Assembly (NCBI GenBank): GCA_964468795.1
Contig: CAYXWL010000001.1
Span: forward strand, 147,587-211,586
DNA from: an uncultured Candidatus Saccharibacteria bacterium
GTDB taxonomy: Bacteria > Patescibacteriota > Minisyncoccia > Phycocordibacterales > DATDWN01
Direction: 5' to 3'
DNA length: 64,000 bases
Part shown: positions 49,470 to 59,418 of the stretch, in pieces
How positions within the stretch are numbered: the first letter of the stretch is position 1
Layout of the letters: each line of letters begins with the position of its first letter
The notes under the pieces: generated by a model
Told to the model about the DNA's origin: nothing
What the model saw: the letters and a program-made list of their open reading frames with translations, nothing else
Databases searched by the model: none
Program-made: the position numbers and the translations under genes

Positions 49470-51395
49470 TTATGCCTTATTTAAATGAAAGTCCTTAGCA
49501 CTTCCGGTAACCAAATAATTTAGGAATTTTTCTAGCGGAGTTGTGGCAACACACACAACCTTGTCTGCTCCTCCATAATATATGTACAAATCTTCTCCGC
49601 GTATAATAGCTCCTGACGCATATATCACGCCCGGCTTGCCATTATTTTCATAATCCATATCTGGAGAAAGAATCGGATGCTTTGATCTATACAAAACTTT
49701 TGTTGGATCCTTGCTGTCCAAGATCATTGCCCCAAGCTTGTACCTGCCGTGATCATTTTTTTCGAGAGCGTGATATAGAAGCAGCCACCCAATCTGTGTT
49801 TTTATTGGAGGAGGGCCTCCTCCTCGGAGAAACTCGTCCCAGGCATTTTTTCGCCCTGGCTGAGGTCCCCACTTTCTTGGGCTGTCTATGTACTCATTTA
49901 TATTATCCAGATCATTTATGTAATCAACCGATATCTTTGGAACAATGCTGTGAAGCACTGCATACTTGCCATTGATTTTTTCAGGAAATAGAAGCCAGTT
50001 CTTATGTACTTCGCCCGGAGGAGAAAGATGTACTGGTTTTTTCCATTTCCAATTGCCTTTTTTAAAATCTTCTAGGGTGATAGAGGTGAGGGCTATGCGA
50101 ATCGAATTCCAGCCTTCAAAAGCAACATATGTCATATAAATTTTCTTTCCTATTTTTACCGTTCGCGGATCTTCTGATCCGGCCCATCCTCCGCCAGAAG
50201 TATAAATTGCAGGATGATATCCTACTGGTCCAGTTATTTTTGCTGGGTCAGGCATGCCAAAACCCATACCCGGCTCAAATACTGGATATGTAGTTCGGTA
50301 ATCAAACTTTTTTCCATCTTTGCTTTTTGCATGGCCAACTCTTGAAACTCCGTCTCTTCCGACTGCTCTATATAAAACATGGATTACACCCTCATCGTCT
50401 TCTATTACTGCCGGATTAAATGTCCCTTCAGCTTCCCAATCGTGATGATGTATTGGCTCCAATATCGGGTTGCCATGGAATCTTGTCAGAACTTTTGGAT
50501 GATATTTTGCATCCTCAAGCTCCCTGAACATTAACGGCACGACTGAAACCACGATGTCTCCGTCGTTTGTCAGCCAATATATGTAATGATGATTATTTAA
50601 AGGAACAAAGCCTAACGGAGATAAAGGCAATGATTGGCTTTTCGCATGTACGACTCCTTGCCATATAGGCCCTGGACTTCTCCAAATAATATGCCTATGA
50701 TTTTTCTTATCTACCAAAACTGCTCCTACTTGCAACAATACTTTTGACTCGTGCTCAACTGAAGCGTCATACATTACTAAAGTACCATCCTCAACCGTTG
50801 CCGATCCGATAAGAGATATTTTTTCGGAATCAAAGTGATTGTTTCTTGAAGTAAACAAAAGTCCAGGACTATTTCTCCAGACTGAAAGAGTCTTTGAGGT
50901 GTGCTGTCTCACAAACAAACCGCAGGTATAAAGATCGAAGTCATCAGTCTCATTTCTATAAGCCACAGTTGTCCTACCTATATCATCAGTTTGGATTTCA
51001 CCCTTCTCTGTCCATGAATATAGATCGCTGGATTTTGATACCACCAGCTTTCTTTCTTTCTTTTTTCCTAGCTCTCTAAAATAAGTTAAAACATAGCTGG
51101 ACTTTGTTCGAGAAAGGCTGAAATCTGAACACTCGGCTAATTTCACAGGCTTACCTTTACCATCAAAAAGGTTTACCTCCTTACTGTCAGTTATGAACTC
51201 CAAGCCATCAATACTCCAAGATAGAAACAATTTCTTGTCTTTCTTCGACTTTGACATTTCTAGCATGCATATTCCTCCGCTTACTGAAACAACAGCGAGC
51301 GGAATACCGCTAGTTTTTTTTATTTTCTTAGCCTTTGGAGCTGAAACCTTTTTAGATTTTGACTTGGCTGCTTTTTTAGGAACTTTCTTTTTCAT
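49470..51395 (-). CDS. GH130-like (DUF377) paralog with Lys-rich N-terminus
   Basis: C-terminal half aligns with the GH130-like domain of the neighbouring gene (GSEDPR…, YYGGADK…). Confidence 0.5.
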   Translation of the reverse strand: MKKKVPKKAAKSKSKKVSAPKAKKIKKTSGIPLAVVSVSGGICMLEMSKSKKDKKLFLSWSIDGLEFITDSKEVNLFDGKGKPVKLAECSDFSLSRTKSSYVLTYFRELGKKKERKLVVSKSSDLYSWTEKGEIQTDDIGRTTVAYRNETDDFDLYTCGLFVRQHTSKTLSVWRNSPGLLFTSRNNHFDSEKISLIGSATVEDGTLVMYDASVEHESKVLLQVGAVLVDKKNHRHIIWRSPGPIWQGVVHAKSQSLPLSPLGFVPLNNHHYIYWLTNDGDIVVSVVPLMFRELEDAKYHPKVLTRFHGNPILEPIHHHDWEAEGTFNPAVIEDDEGVIHVLYRAVGRDGVSRVGHAKSKDGKKFDYRTTYPVFEPGMGFGMPDPAKITGPVGYHPAIYTSGGGWAGSEDPRTVKIGKKIYMTYVAFEGWNSIRIALTSITLEDFKKGNWKWKKPVHLSPPGEVHKNWLLFPEKINGKYAVLHSIVPKISVDYINDLDNINEYIDSPRKWGPQPGRKNAWDEFLRGGGPPPIKTQIGWLLLYHALEKNDHGRYKLGAMILDSKDPTKVLYRSKHPILSPDMDYENNGKPGVIYASGAIIRGEDLYIYYGGADKVVCVATTPLEKFLNYLVTGSAKDFHLNKA

Positions 51396-51736
51396 TAGAC
51401 TCGGTTGTATTTGTCTTCCAACCTGACAATATCGTTTTCGTCGAATTCGCCCGTAGAAACTTCTAAGATTATGACATCATCATCTGGAGCAGATACTCTG
51501 TGGTTTGTTCCTCTCTCGACAAAAAACTCATCTCCCTCATGAGCAGACTCGACCTTATCTCCTATTGTTACATCAGGATTGCCTTTCATCACTTTCCAAA
51601 ATTCATCCCGATTATCGTGGTACTGAAGACTAAATTCTTCTCCCTGACTCACATATAAAAGCTTTACTGTACATTTTTCATTTTCAGCAAATGTAGTAAA
51701 CGACCCCCAAGGCCTTTTTACAGTGGTAGGATTCAT
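51395..51736 (-). CDS. cupin protein (phosphomannose isomerase type II C-terminal-like)
   Basis: KRPWGSF…SLQYHDNRDEFWKVMKG… cupin_2/PMI-like. Confidence 0.55.
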   Translation of the reverse strand: MNPTTVKRPWGSFTTFAENEKCTVKLLYVSQGEEFSLQYHDNRDEFWKVMKGNPDVTIGDKVESAHEGDEFFVERGTNHRVSAPDDDVIILEVSTGEFDENDIVRLEDKYNRV

Positions 51737-51779
51737 ACTTAAATATTAACACAGATTTCATATAAGCAAGCTCGGAAAT

Positions 51780-52529
51780 TCACATATACCGGCTTAAAAA
51801 CTCGAGGGTTTGATTGGGGTTATCCTCTTGGATAAAGTCTATTCCGGTTGTTTTTACGGATTCGTCATTTCCACCTTTATACAGAGCGTCTCCGACGAAA
51901 ATCATATCTGGCTCCTTAACTTTTAAAATCTCCTTTATTTTCCTAATAGCAAAGGCTTTGTTTATGCCTTTTTGGGTAATATCTATAGAAGAAATACCGC
52001 CTAGATTCGCGTCGAACTCTGGAATTTTCTTTTTTAGTATCTGAATTATCTTTTTTCTTTTGCTCTGATCTGGATCCCATTTTTCCTTTACGCTATAAGG
52101 CGCCTCCTGACCCTTTCCTGAAAAGGTAACCTGACTTCCCCTTTTTTCAATTATTTCTCCATAATTACCAGACAGATCAATTTTGAGCTCGCTAACTGCT
52201 TCGCCGAGTGCCTTGATAATTTTATTCATTTCTTTGTCTGAAAGCCTTTCCTCGTACAAAACCTTCCAACCTTTCTTTTCCGCATCGTAAACGTAACAAG
52301 CACCGCCCATTGTCGGGAAAAGTATTAAATTCTTGAGCCTTTCAGGACTATTATCCAGCTTTGCAATAAGCTGTTTTTGGAATTGAGGAAATGCCCCTCC
52401 GGATATGACTGCCACATATTGTCTTGCCAAGACATGATTCAGCACTTCTGCCATATCAGGAGAGATAGAAGCCTTGCTTGGCGCAAGTGTCCCATCGAGG
52501 TCGCAGACAATAACTTTTTTAGAGTTCAT
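51780..52529 (-). CDS. HAD-IIB family hydrolase (phosphomannomutase-like)
   Basis: DLDGTL motif I, about 250 aa cap-type IIB. Confidence 0.55.
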   Translation of the reverse strand: MNSKKVIVCDLDGTLAPSKASISPDMAEVLNHVLARQYVAVISGGAFPQFQKQLIAKLDNSPERLKNLILFPTMGGACYVYDAEKKGWKVLYEERLSDKEMNKIIKALGEAVSELKIDLSGNYGEIIEKRGSQVTFSGKGQEAPYSVKEKWDPDQSKRKKIIQILKKKIPEFDANLGGISSIDITQKGINKAFAIRKIKEILKVKEPDMIFVGDALYKGGNDESVKTTGIDFIQEDNPNQTLEFLSRYM

Positions 52530-52578
52530 AATATGGTAATATTATATTATCACTAATTTCAAATTAAGATAATCGCAC

Positions 52579-52965
52579 ATGAGGAAAAGTATTATTGGAT
52601 TTTTCGATAAAATGGAAGACAAGATACGAGGCAAGCTTAGCCGGCTCCCTATTCTCTATGCTTTAATCGGAGGGGTAGGTGTGGTTCTATTTTGGAGAGG
52701 AGTTTGGCATATTGCAGACGACCTTAACCTGCACTCTGCACTTTCCTTAATTTTAGGAACGATAATACTTCTCTCAACCGGAGTTTTTGTTTCAGCCTTT
52801 GTAGGAAATCGTCTCATTATCACTGGATTAAGCGGAGAAAAAAAGCTTTCTGATAAAACCGTAGAAGAAATAGAAACAGAAGAAGCTCAGCTGGCAAAAC
52901 TGCAAAAGACAGTCGAAAAAATAGAGAGTGAAATTAGCATTCTCGAATCGGAGTTGAAAAAATAA
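52579..52965 (+). CDS. membrane protein with C-terminal coiled coil (hypothetical)
   Basis: 2 TM + EIETEEAQLAKLQKTVEKIESEISILESELKK. Confidence 0.35.
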   Translation: MRKSIIGFFDKMEDKIRGKLSRLPILYALIGGVGVVLFWRGVWHIADDLNLHSALSLILGTIILLSTGVFVSAFVGNRLIITGLSGEKKLSDKTVEEIETEEAQLAKLQKTVEKIESEISILESELKK

Positions 52966-53406
52966 TTACTTTATTTTTTCCATTATCTGCCTCATCATCT
53001 CATCCTGATTTTCTAGGTGTATTAGGATTGATTCAATTTCCTCCTCAGCTTTCATGTTTACCTCAAAATCTGCCTCCGCCCGAGCTTCGGCGTGCTTGCC
53101 CTGAAGATTTTGACCGATCAAAAGCAACGGCATCAGGAATATCTGAATCATATTGGATATAAATAGCCACAAGACAAAAGCAGGATAGGGATCAAAATGA
53201 TACTCTTGAGGACCTAGCATATTCCAGCCAAGCCATACAATAGTCCAAAAGAATATTATTAGGAAAAAACCCATAGTGCCGACATGCTCGGTTATCCACA
53301 TGGCAAAAATATCAAGCGAGCTCAAATTTTCTCTTCTTAGATCATTTACATTTCTTATCGGCTTTCTGCTTCTAAGCTCTCCTGAATTAAGAGGTACTTT
53401 TTTCAT
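52966..53406 (-). CDS. DUF1003 membrane protein
   Basis: FGSW…2 TM…QNLQ pattern typical of DUF1003. Confidence 0.5.
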   Translation of the reverse strand: MKKVPLNSGELRSRKPIRNVNDLRRENLSSLDIFAMWITEHVGTMGFFLIIFFWTIVWLGWNMLGPQEYHFDPYPAFVLWLFISNMIQIFLMPLLLIGQNLQGKHAEARAEADFEVNMKAEEEIESILIHLENQDEMMRQIMEKIK

Positions 53407-53428
53407 AGCTTTATTATAAACAATTCAA

Positions 53429-53983
53429 TTACAAAGCTCTAGCCACTAGTCCTATTAGATAGATTCCGATAAAGTTAAAAATAAAAGAGATCGGAACAAA
53501 AAGTCTTGTTTTCATTTTAGATGCTCCCAAAAGGCCGATGCCGAGCTCGTCTGGAAGTGGAGAGGCAATTATTGCTCCTCCGATAAGGAAAGTTATCCAT
53601 CTGAAATATTTTAATTTAAAAAGAACTTTCATTCTTTTCCAAACGCTGTTGTGAGTCATCAATTCAGCAAAATGAACTGACAGCTGATCTTTTACAAACT
53701 GAAAAATAATTAAGTCTCCTATCACTGCCCCTACGGCTCCAAAAAAAGAAACCTCGATAATATTGGCCGAGGTTGCGATTTGTCCCAATGTCACTATGGC
53801 AGGAGCAGTAGTAAAAAGTGAAGTAAAAAATAATCCTGCGATAAAACTGCCGATAAACTTTAGATTTGAAGTGGAAGAAAGCAGGTCTGAAAGGACATTG
53901 GACTTTACAAGAAGAACTGCAACTATGATGCTGAGAGCAATGAGGGAAATATCGTGTTGTATGCCATACTTTGCTTTGGTCAT
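53429..53983 (-). CDS. polytopic membrane protein (DedA/small-export-like), hypothetical
   Basis: 4-5 TM, PLPDELG loop. Confidence 0.35.
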   Translation of the reverse strand: MTKAKYGIQHDISLIALSIIVAVLLVKSNVLSDLLSSTSNLKFIGSFIAGLFFTSLFTTAPAIVTLGQIATSANIIEVSFFGAVGAVIGDLIIFQFVKDQLSVHFAELMTHNSVWKRMKVLFKLKYFRWITFLIGGAIIASPLPDELGIGLLGASKMKTRLFVPISFIFNFIGIYLIGLVARAL

Positions 53984-53985
53984 AT

Positions 53986-54525
53986 TTAAACTTTTCTGCA
54001 GATATAAAAGAAAGCCGGTGGCGTGTTAAGAAAAGTAAATCTCATCTTTACGGATCCAAAAAAAGTTCTAAGCAGGCTGAGAGACTCAGGCAGATATTGG
54101 AACTGCAAGAATATTCCTCCAAAACGCAAATTTTCTACAGCTCCGCTTATAATGCCTTCTTTTACTCTGTCATTAAGGTTAGATAATGGTATGCCGGAAA
54201 TAATGTAATCAGAATTTCGATTTACATATTTTGAGACATTTTCAGCGGAATCCTTTATGAGAATCATTCTTTCATCCCTTATTTTGGACAACCTCCTGTA
54301 AAAAACCTCATCAATTTCAAATACATATAAAACAGCATCCTTCCTCATTTTTTTTAGAATCTCTTTTGTAAAAGATCCGCTACCTGCGCCCAATTCCACT
54401 ATTATTTTTGCTGTCTGAAAATCAACTTCGTCGAGCATATCCTCGACTAAAAAAATAGAGCTGGGCGATATAGCACCAACCTGTTTCCACTTTTTTATGA
54501 ATTGAACGATAAAAGAGTCACCCAT
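53986..54525 (-). CDS. class I SAM-dependent methyltransferase
   Basis: Motif I VELGAGSGSFT. Confidence 0.7.
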   Translation of the reverse strand: MGDSFIVQFIKKWKQVGAISPSSIFLVEDMLDEVDFQTAKIIVELGAGSGSFTKEILKKMRKDAVLYVFEIDEVFYRRLSKIRDERMILIKDSAENVSKYVNRNSDYIISGIPLSNLNDRVKEGIISGAVENLRFGGIFLQFQYLPESLSLLRTFFGSVKMRFTFLNTPPAFFYICRKV

Positions 54526-54550
54526 TTACTTGTATAATAACATTTTTTTG

Positions 54551-54925
54551 AATAAGAAAAAAGCCCGACGGACCGACGGCGAACGACATACGCGACGACG
54601 ACTGTTGACGAGCTTTTCCGGGCAAACGCCCGCTAAAACCAGTATAGAATGAACTAGTGAGGCCGTGGGCTGGGAAAACCACGGCGGTCGAAAAGGTGGG
54701 ACTAACGAGCCTGACTTGCTCCGTATCTTACGCCAGTCTTTGCGACTGGCATTGCCTGAAGTTGCCTTTCTGGGAGCGGTTTCCCGCAAATGCTGGTGCA
54801 GTTCCTCTGACCCCTGTCAGGTTGCTTCATGTGGCAATGCGGGCAAACGATCTCGCTGGTGGGACGTGCACTCGCCTTGTGGGGACCTGCCTCATGAATC
54901 TTGACCATACTAGCCTCCGAGTAAA
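54551..54925 (-). ncRNA. unclassified GC-rich structured RNA candidate (RNase P RNA-like?)
   Basis: About 375 nt at about 57% GC with no ORF in any frame; perfect hairpins GCAUUGCC…GGCAAUGC and GCCAGUC-GCAAAGA-GACUGGC; ends in a U-run on the minus strand; weak resemblance to RNase P CR-I (UCAUGAGGCAGG) and CGGAGCAAG; no tRNA-like T-arm. Confidence 0.4.
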
Positions 54926-55006
54926 ATAATACACCGAAAATAAATTTTTAGTCAAGTTTGGGGATTATGGCAATTAATAAAGCTTGCTATCTGATAAAAT
55001 GTCATT

Positions 55007-56659
55007 ATGGATTCAAACATTTTGAACGACTTGCGAAAAACTTTTCAAGGAGAAATAGATTATTCAGAAGATACTTTAAAAACATACTCCAGAGACGCCA
55101 GTCTTTTTGAAGTGAAGCCTTCGGTAGTCATATTCCCTCGCGATGTCGAAGACGTAAAATGCGCAGTGAGATGGGTAAACGAAAACAAAAAACAATTTCC
55201 TCATCTTTCTATAACCGCAAGGTCCGCAGGAACAGACATGAGCGGAGGCCCATTATCGCAGTCTGTAGTAATGGATTTTACAAGGTACATGAATAAAGTT
55301 GTGTCAGTAAATGACGAATATTCAGTTGTACAGCCAGGTTGCTATTACAGAGATTTCGACAAAGAGACACGAAAAAAAAGCAGGATAATGCCAGCATACA
55401 CTGCTTCTAGAGAAATTTGCGCTGTCGGTGGCATGGTTTCCAATAACAGCGGAGGCGAAAAAAGCGTAAAATACGGAAAAGTAGAAAACTATATAAAGAA
55501 GCTGAAGGTTGTTTTTTCCGATGGAAATGAATATGAAGTCATCCCCATGACTTTAGCGGAAATCGAAGAAAAAATTCCCAAGGGAGGCTTTGAGGCAAAC
55601 CTCTATTCAAAAATATACGATCTTGTTAAAGACAACTACAAGGATCTTGCAGATGCCAAGCCTGATGTTTCAAAAAATTCCTCTGGCTATTATCTATGGA
55701 ACGTATATGACAAGGATAAAAAAACTTTTGATCTCTGCCAACTGATAGTTGGCTCCCAAGGAACTCTCGGCATAGTGACGGAGATAACATTCAAGCTGGT
55801 GCCAATTCCAAAATACTCAAATCTTCTTGTAGTTTTTCTTCCCTCCCTAGATAAGGTCAGCGAACTGGTAAACAGGATACTGCCGTACAAGCCCGAAAGC
55901 TTGGAAACGTATGACGACAAGAGCATGATCTTGGCTGTAAGGTTCTTTTTTGATTTCTTTAAACAGCTTGGATTTTTTGGAGCACTTAGACTTGGCCTTC
56001 AGTTCATACCGGAGACGTTCATGATAATGACTGGCGGAGTGCCAAAACTCATCTTGATGGTGGAATTTACTGGAAACACCGAAGAAGAAGTATTTAAAAA
56101 GCTTGTCGAAGTAAAAGATCACATAACCGACTTTCATTTTAAAATGCACATTGCAAAAAATAGCGAGGAAGCTGAAAAATATTGGGACATAAGGCACGAA
56201 AGCTTCAATCTCTTGAGAAAACATGTTCACGGCAAGAGAACTGCGCCATTCATTGACGATATAATTGTTAAGCCTCAATACCTGCCGGAATTTTTACCAC
56301 AGCTAAAAGCCCTGCTTGATGAATACAAGCTCGACTACACAGTTCAAGGGCATTTGGGCAATGGCAATTTTCATATTATTCCGCTTATGGACCTTAACTC
56401 CCCTTTTTCTGCAGATGTAATCCTAGAGCTTGGCGGAAAAGTGTATTCGCTGGTTAAAAAATACAAGGGTTCCAACAGTGCGGAACATAACGATGGAATA
56501 ATCAGGACGCCATATCTTCTCGAGCAGTTCGGTCCGAAGATTAACGGATTATTTGAAGAGACAAAAAAGATTTTTGATCCGCAAAATATCTTTAACCCAG
56601 GCAAGAAAGTTGGCGGAAGCTTTGAAGACATAAAAAAGTGGCTGATGAAAAAGAACTAG
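55007..56659 (+). CDS. FAD-linked oxidase (GlcD/D-lactate dehydrogenase family)
   Basis: PCMH-type FAD-binding domain (…ITARSAGTDMSGG…) plus C-terminal oxidase domain. Confidence 0.8.
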   Translation: MDSNILNDLRKTFQGEIDYSEDTLKTYSRDASLFEVKPSVVIFPRDVEDVKCAVRWVNENKKQFPHLSITARSAGTDMSGGPLSQSVVMDFTRYMNKVVSVNDEYSVVQPGCYYRDFDKETRKKSRIMPAYTASREICAVGGMVSNNSGGEKSVKYGKVENYIKKLKVVFSDGNEYEVIPMTLAEIEEKIPKGGFEANLYSKIYDLVKDNYKDLADAKPDVSKNSSGYYLWNVYDKDKKTFDLCQLIVGSQGTLGIVTEITFKLVPIPKYSNLLVVFLPSLDKVSELVNRILPYKPESLETYDDKSMILAVRFFFDFFKQLGFFGALRLGLQFIPETFMIMTGGVPKLILMVEFTGNTEEEVFKKLVEVKDHITDFHFKMHIAKNSEEAEKYWDIRHESFNLLRKHVHGKRTAPFIDDIIVKPQYLPEFLPQLKALLDEYKLDYTVQGHLGNGNFHIIPLMDLNSPFSADVILELGGKVYSLVKKYKGSNSAEHNDGIIRTPYLLEQFGPKINGLFEETKKIFDPQNIFNPGKKVGGSFEDIKKWLMKKN

Positions 56660-57823
56660 ATGAAAAAGAATCCAAAAAATTTCAACATTAAAGCTCTAGT
56701 ATTATCTTCGTTGGTTACCATAGGCATGATTTCCTATCTAAGCTGGGGCGGAGAGGAAAAAACCCTAGCAACAAAAGAAAGCCGAGAACCCGCCTTTTAT
56801 CCTAAGCAATATTCCGACGATCACATAACTGCAAATGCCATTGTCACTGATCCGAAATATAAAAACCTAGCTACTGTAAGAAGCGACGCTATGCTCGCTA
56901 ATGTTGTCAGTTCGTTTCAGACTAGCAGTGGTGGTGTAGCATCAAGCGAGATGGAGAAAGGGACATGGCTTTGGACACCAATTTTGGACCAAACAAGTGC
57001 ATATCAGCAAAAAATAATTGCCCAGTCGAAAAGAAATGGTATAAAGAACATTTATCTTTCCATAGACTCGTATCTTGATATATACATAATGGCGGACGGA
57101 GAGGAAAAAGCTTCAAGAAAAAAGCAGTTTGATCAAAAAGTTTCTGATTTTATATCACTGGCAGAAAAAAATGGAATGACTGTAGATGCAGAGGCTGGAT
57201 GGCGAAACTGGTCTGAACCAGGCAATTCATACAAGGCATTTGCCATTTTGGATTATGCAATAAAATTTAACAGGTCACATACGGAGAAACTCAGAGGGTT
57301 GCAACTCGATGTAGAGCCATACTTATTGCCTGCCTACAAGGATAACAAGGCAAAAGTTTTATTCAACTTCGTTAATTTTATAGACGAGACAGTTGCCAGA
57401 CTTGATAAAAGCGACCTTAGCCTTTCAGTTGTCATACCAGAATTTTATGACGGAGAAAACGATATGACTCCAAAGTTTACATACAATGGCCAGAAAAATT
57501 ATGCGATCAGCCACTTATTAAGAGTGCTGGACAAGAGAGAGGGTAGCAAAATTATTGTGATGTCTTATAGGAACAAAAGCGAAGGAAAAGATGGAGCAAT
57601 AGAAATATCAAAAGGAGAAATAAGTGTAGCAGAAAAATTTAAGACTAAAATCGTACTAGCAGAGGAAACTGGCGATGTAGAACCACCATATATAACTTTT
57701 CACAATACCAGCAAATCATACTACTTGAAGCAAGTCTCTCTCCTTGAAAAAGCATTTTCTAAAAACAAAAGTTACAACGGTATTGCCATTCATTATGTAA
57801 ATTCTTTTTTGGATCTTAAATAG
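56660..57823 (+). CDS. membrane-anchored secreted hypothetical protein
   Basis: N-terminal TM; no family recognised. Confidence 0.4.
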   Translation: MKKNPKNFNIKALVLSSLVTIGMISYLSWGGEEKTLATKESREPAFYPKQYSDDHITANAIVTDPKYKNLATVRSDAMLANVVSSFQTSSGGVASSEMEKGTWLWTPILDQTSAYQQKIIAQSKRNGIKNIYLSIDSYLDIYIMADGEEKASRKKQFDQKVSDFISLAEKNGMTVDAEAGWRNWSEPGNSYKAFAILDYAIKFNRSHTEKLRGLQLDVEPYLLPAYKDNKAKVLFNFVNFIDETVARLDKSDLSLSVVIPEFYDGENDMTPKFTYNGQKNYAISHLLRVLDKREGSKIIVMSYRNKSEGKDGAIEISKGEISVAEKFKTKIVLAEETGDVEPPYITFHNTSKSYYLKQVSLLEKAFSKNKSYNGIAIHYVNSFLDLK

Positions 57824-57831
57824 CCAATGAC

Positions 57832-57857
57832 AAGATGATGAATAATCATCTTTTTTC
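57832..57857 (+). terminator. rho-independent terminator
   Basis: aagatgat-gaata-atcatctt followed by TTTTTT. Confidence 0.6.
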
Positions 57858-58025
57858 TTGCATTTTTAAGGCAAGGTAAGTACATATTTCACCAGTAGTT
57901 TATATCTACTGTGATAGGCTAGTGTGTCTTCTAGCACACAGCCTTATTCGGCTAGAAGAAATTTGAGAATTATTCATTAAAAGAAAGTCATTATTACTAG
58001 CATTTATTAAATAATATAATTATTC

Positions 58026-59360
58026 ATGAATATTAAAAATAATAAGATAATGCCAGCAACTGGAGTTATTGTTGGGTTGGCGCTCGCGATAGCAAGCTTT
58101 GCTCCTATCGCCTTCGCACAAACTTCAGGAACTGGAACAACTGGAAGTGGCGCCACAACTTCTGGCACCACAGGCACAACCGGTAACACCGGCACTGGAA
58201 CAGGCACCTCTGGTACCGGAAGCACAAATAATACAGGATCAGGTACTAGTACAGGCACAACAAATAGTGGATCAAGTGGATCAGTAACAGGAGGAACAGA
58301 CAATACTGGCTCAGGAAGTAGTACGACAAGCTCTGGCACTACAGGTACAACTGGCACAACCGGTAACACTGGTACTGGAACAGGTACTGGAAGCACAGGA
58401 AACACGTCTGGAACTGGAACCAATACTTCTACTTCGACAGGAACAGGTACTGGAAGCAATACAAATGAAAATTCTTCAGGATCTACTCAGGCTTCAACTT
58501 CGCCAGTACAGATAAGAGTGATGAACCATCTATGTAATACAAACATAAGAAACATGGATGATTTCAGAAATATGCAGCAAGGAAAGGGTTCTGTTCAAGC
58601 CTTTGCTGAAGCAGAGGCAAACTGTCCTAACTCAGTTTTGCCAGGAAATCAGCCTGTTTCCGGAACAGTTTCTGCTCCAAAGACAGTGTTCGATTATTCC
58701 CTAATGGCTCCTAACGGAAGCGTTAGCACCCTGAATAATGCTACGTTTATGAACAAGTCAGTATGTGAAAACGAATTCAATACAGACTTTAATCATAGTG
58801 GCAACATATCATCAAGTACATGTTTAGATGCATCGGAATACGTATTTCCTGCTATCGCATCAAGCAGTGCTGGATGGAATGTAACATTGACTGAGACATC
58901 AGCACCTGCAGGATACCACTTCGGTACTGTACTGTTTACCCCAAGAGAGTTAGATCAGAACAATGACGCAAGCTCACTAGTGTCATCGTCTACAAATTCA
59001 AGCAATGGACAGTCAACGATAACATTGAATGTTTCAGGAGACAATGACAGAGTTGTAACTCTTCACGTCTTCAATTTCCTAAACGGAACGACAGGAACAA
59101 CAACAAACAATGGAGGTAACAACAATGGTGGCAACACAGGTGGAAACAATAACAATAATGGTGGTAATACTGGAAATAACAACGGAGGAAACACAGGAAC
59201 TACTACAAATGCAACTACAACACCATTTATGGATAGAGAGATAACTTTAGCTAGACTAAATGCAATAGTTAACATATTGCAGAGAGTACAGGATATACAG
59301 TCAAGAATTGTAGATATAGTAGCGTCTTTAGCATCTACAAACTGGATGATGGGAAGATAA
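58026..59360 (+). CDS. secreted Thr/Gly/Ser/Asn-repeat surface protein
   Basis: Signal peptide, (T/S)G(T/N) low-complexity repeats, NNGGN repeats near the C-terminus. Confidence 0.6.
   Translation: MNIKNNKIMPATGVIVGLALAIASFAPIAFAQTSGTGTTGSGATTSGTTGTTGNTGTGTGTSGTGSTNNTGSGTSTGTTNSGSSGSVTGGTDNTGSGSSTTSSGTTGTTGTTGNTGTGTGTGSTGNTSGTGTNTSTSTGTGTGSNTNENSSGSTQASTSPVQIRVMNHLCNTNIRNMDDFRNMQQGKGSVQAFAEAEANCPNSVLPGNQPVSGTVSAPKTVFDYSLMAPNGSVSTLNNATFMNKSVCENEFNTDFNHSGNISSSTCLDASEYVFPAIASSSAGWNVTLTETSAPAGYHFGTVLFTPRELDQNNDASSLVSSSTNSSNGQSTITLNVSGDNDRVVTLHVFNFLNGTTGTTTNNGGNNNGGNTGGNNNNNGGNTGNNNGGNTGTTTNATTTPFMDREITLARLNAIVNILQRVQDIQSRIVDIVASLASTNWMMGR
58120..58460 (+). repeat. in-frame tandem repeat (about 170-nt period) encoding TGTTGNTGTGTG units
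   Basis: Near-duplicate blocks at about 58161..58215 and about 58331..58400. Confidence 0.6.
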
Positions 59361-59393
59361 TCTACTCAGTAAAAAGTATATTATGCTAAGTAT

Positions 59394-59418
59394 AAAAGAC
59401 CGCACATGCGGTCTTTTA
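59394..59418. terminator. bidirectional terminator
   Basis: aaaagaccgca-ca-tgcggtctttt. Confidence 0.65.

Noticed and set aside
54551-54925. tmRNA identity for the GC-rich RNA candidate
   Set aside because: No tRNA-like T-arm (GGUUCGAnUCC) or acceptor-stem or CCA context at either end on either strand; no plausible tag reading frame ending in ALAA/LAA.
54526-54929. Four overlapping short ORFs in the GC-rich segment
   Set aside because: ORFs in all frames with no dominant one, no RBS; the region has hairpin structure consistent with RNA, not coding.
58100-59220. CRISPR array
   Set aside because: The only regularly spaced direct repeats are in-frame codon repeats inside a signal-peptide-bearing CDS, with no repeat-spacer architecture.
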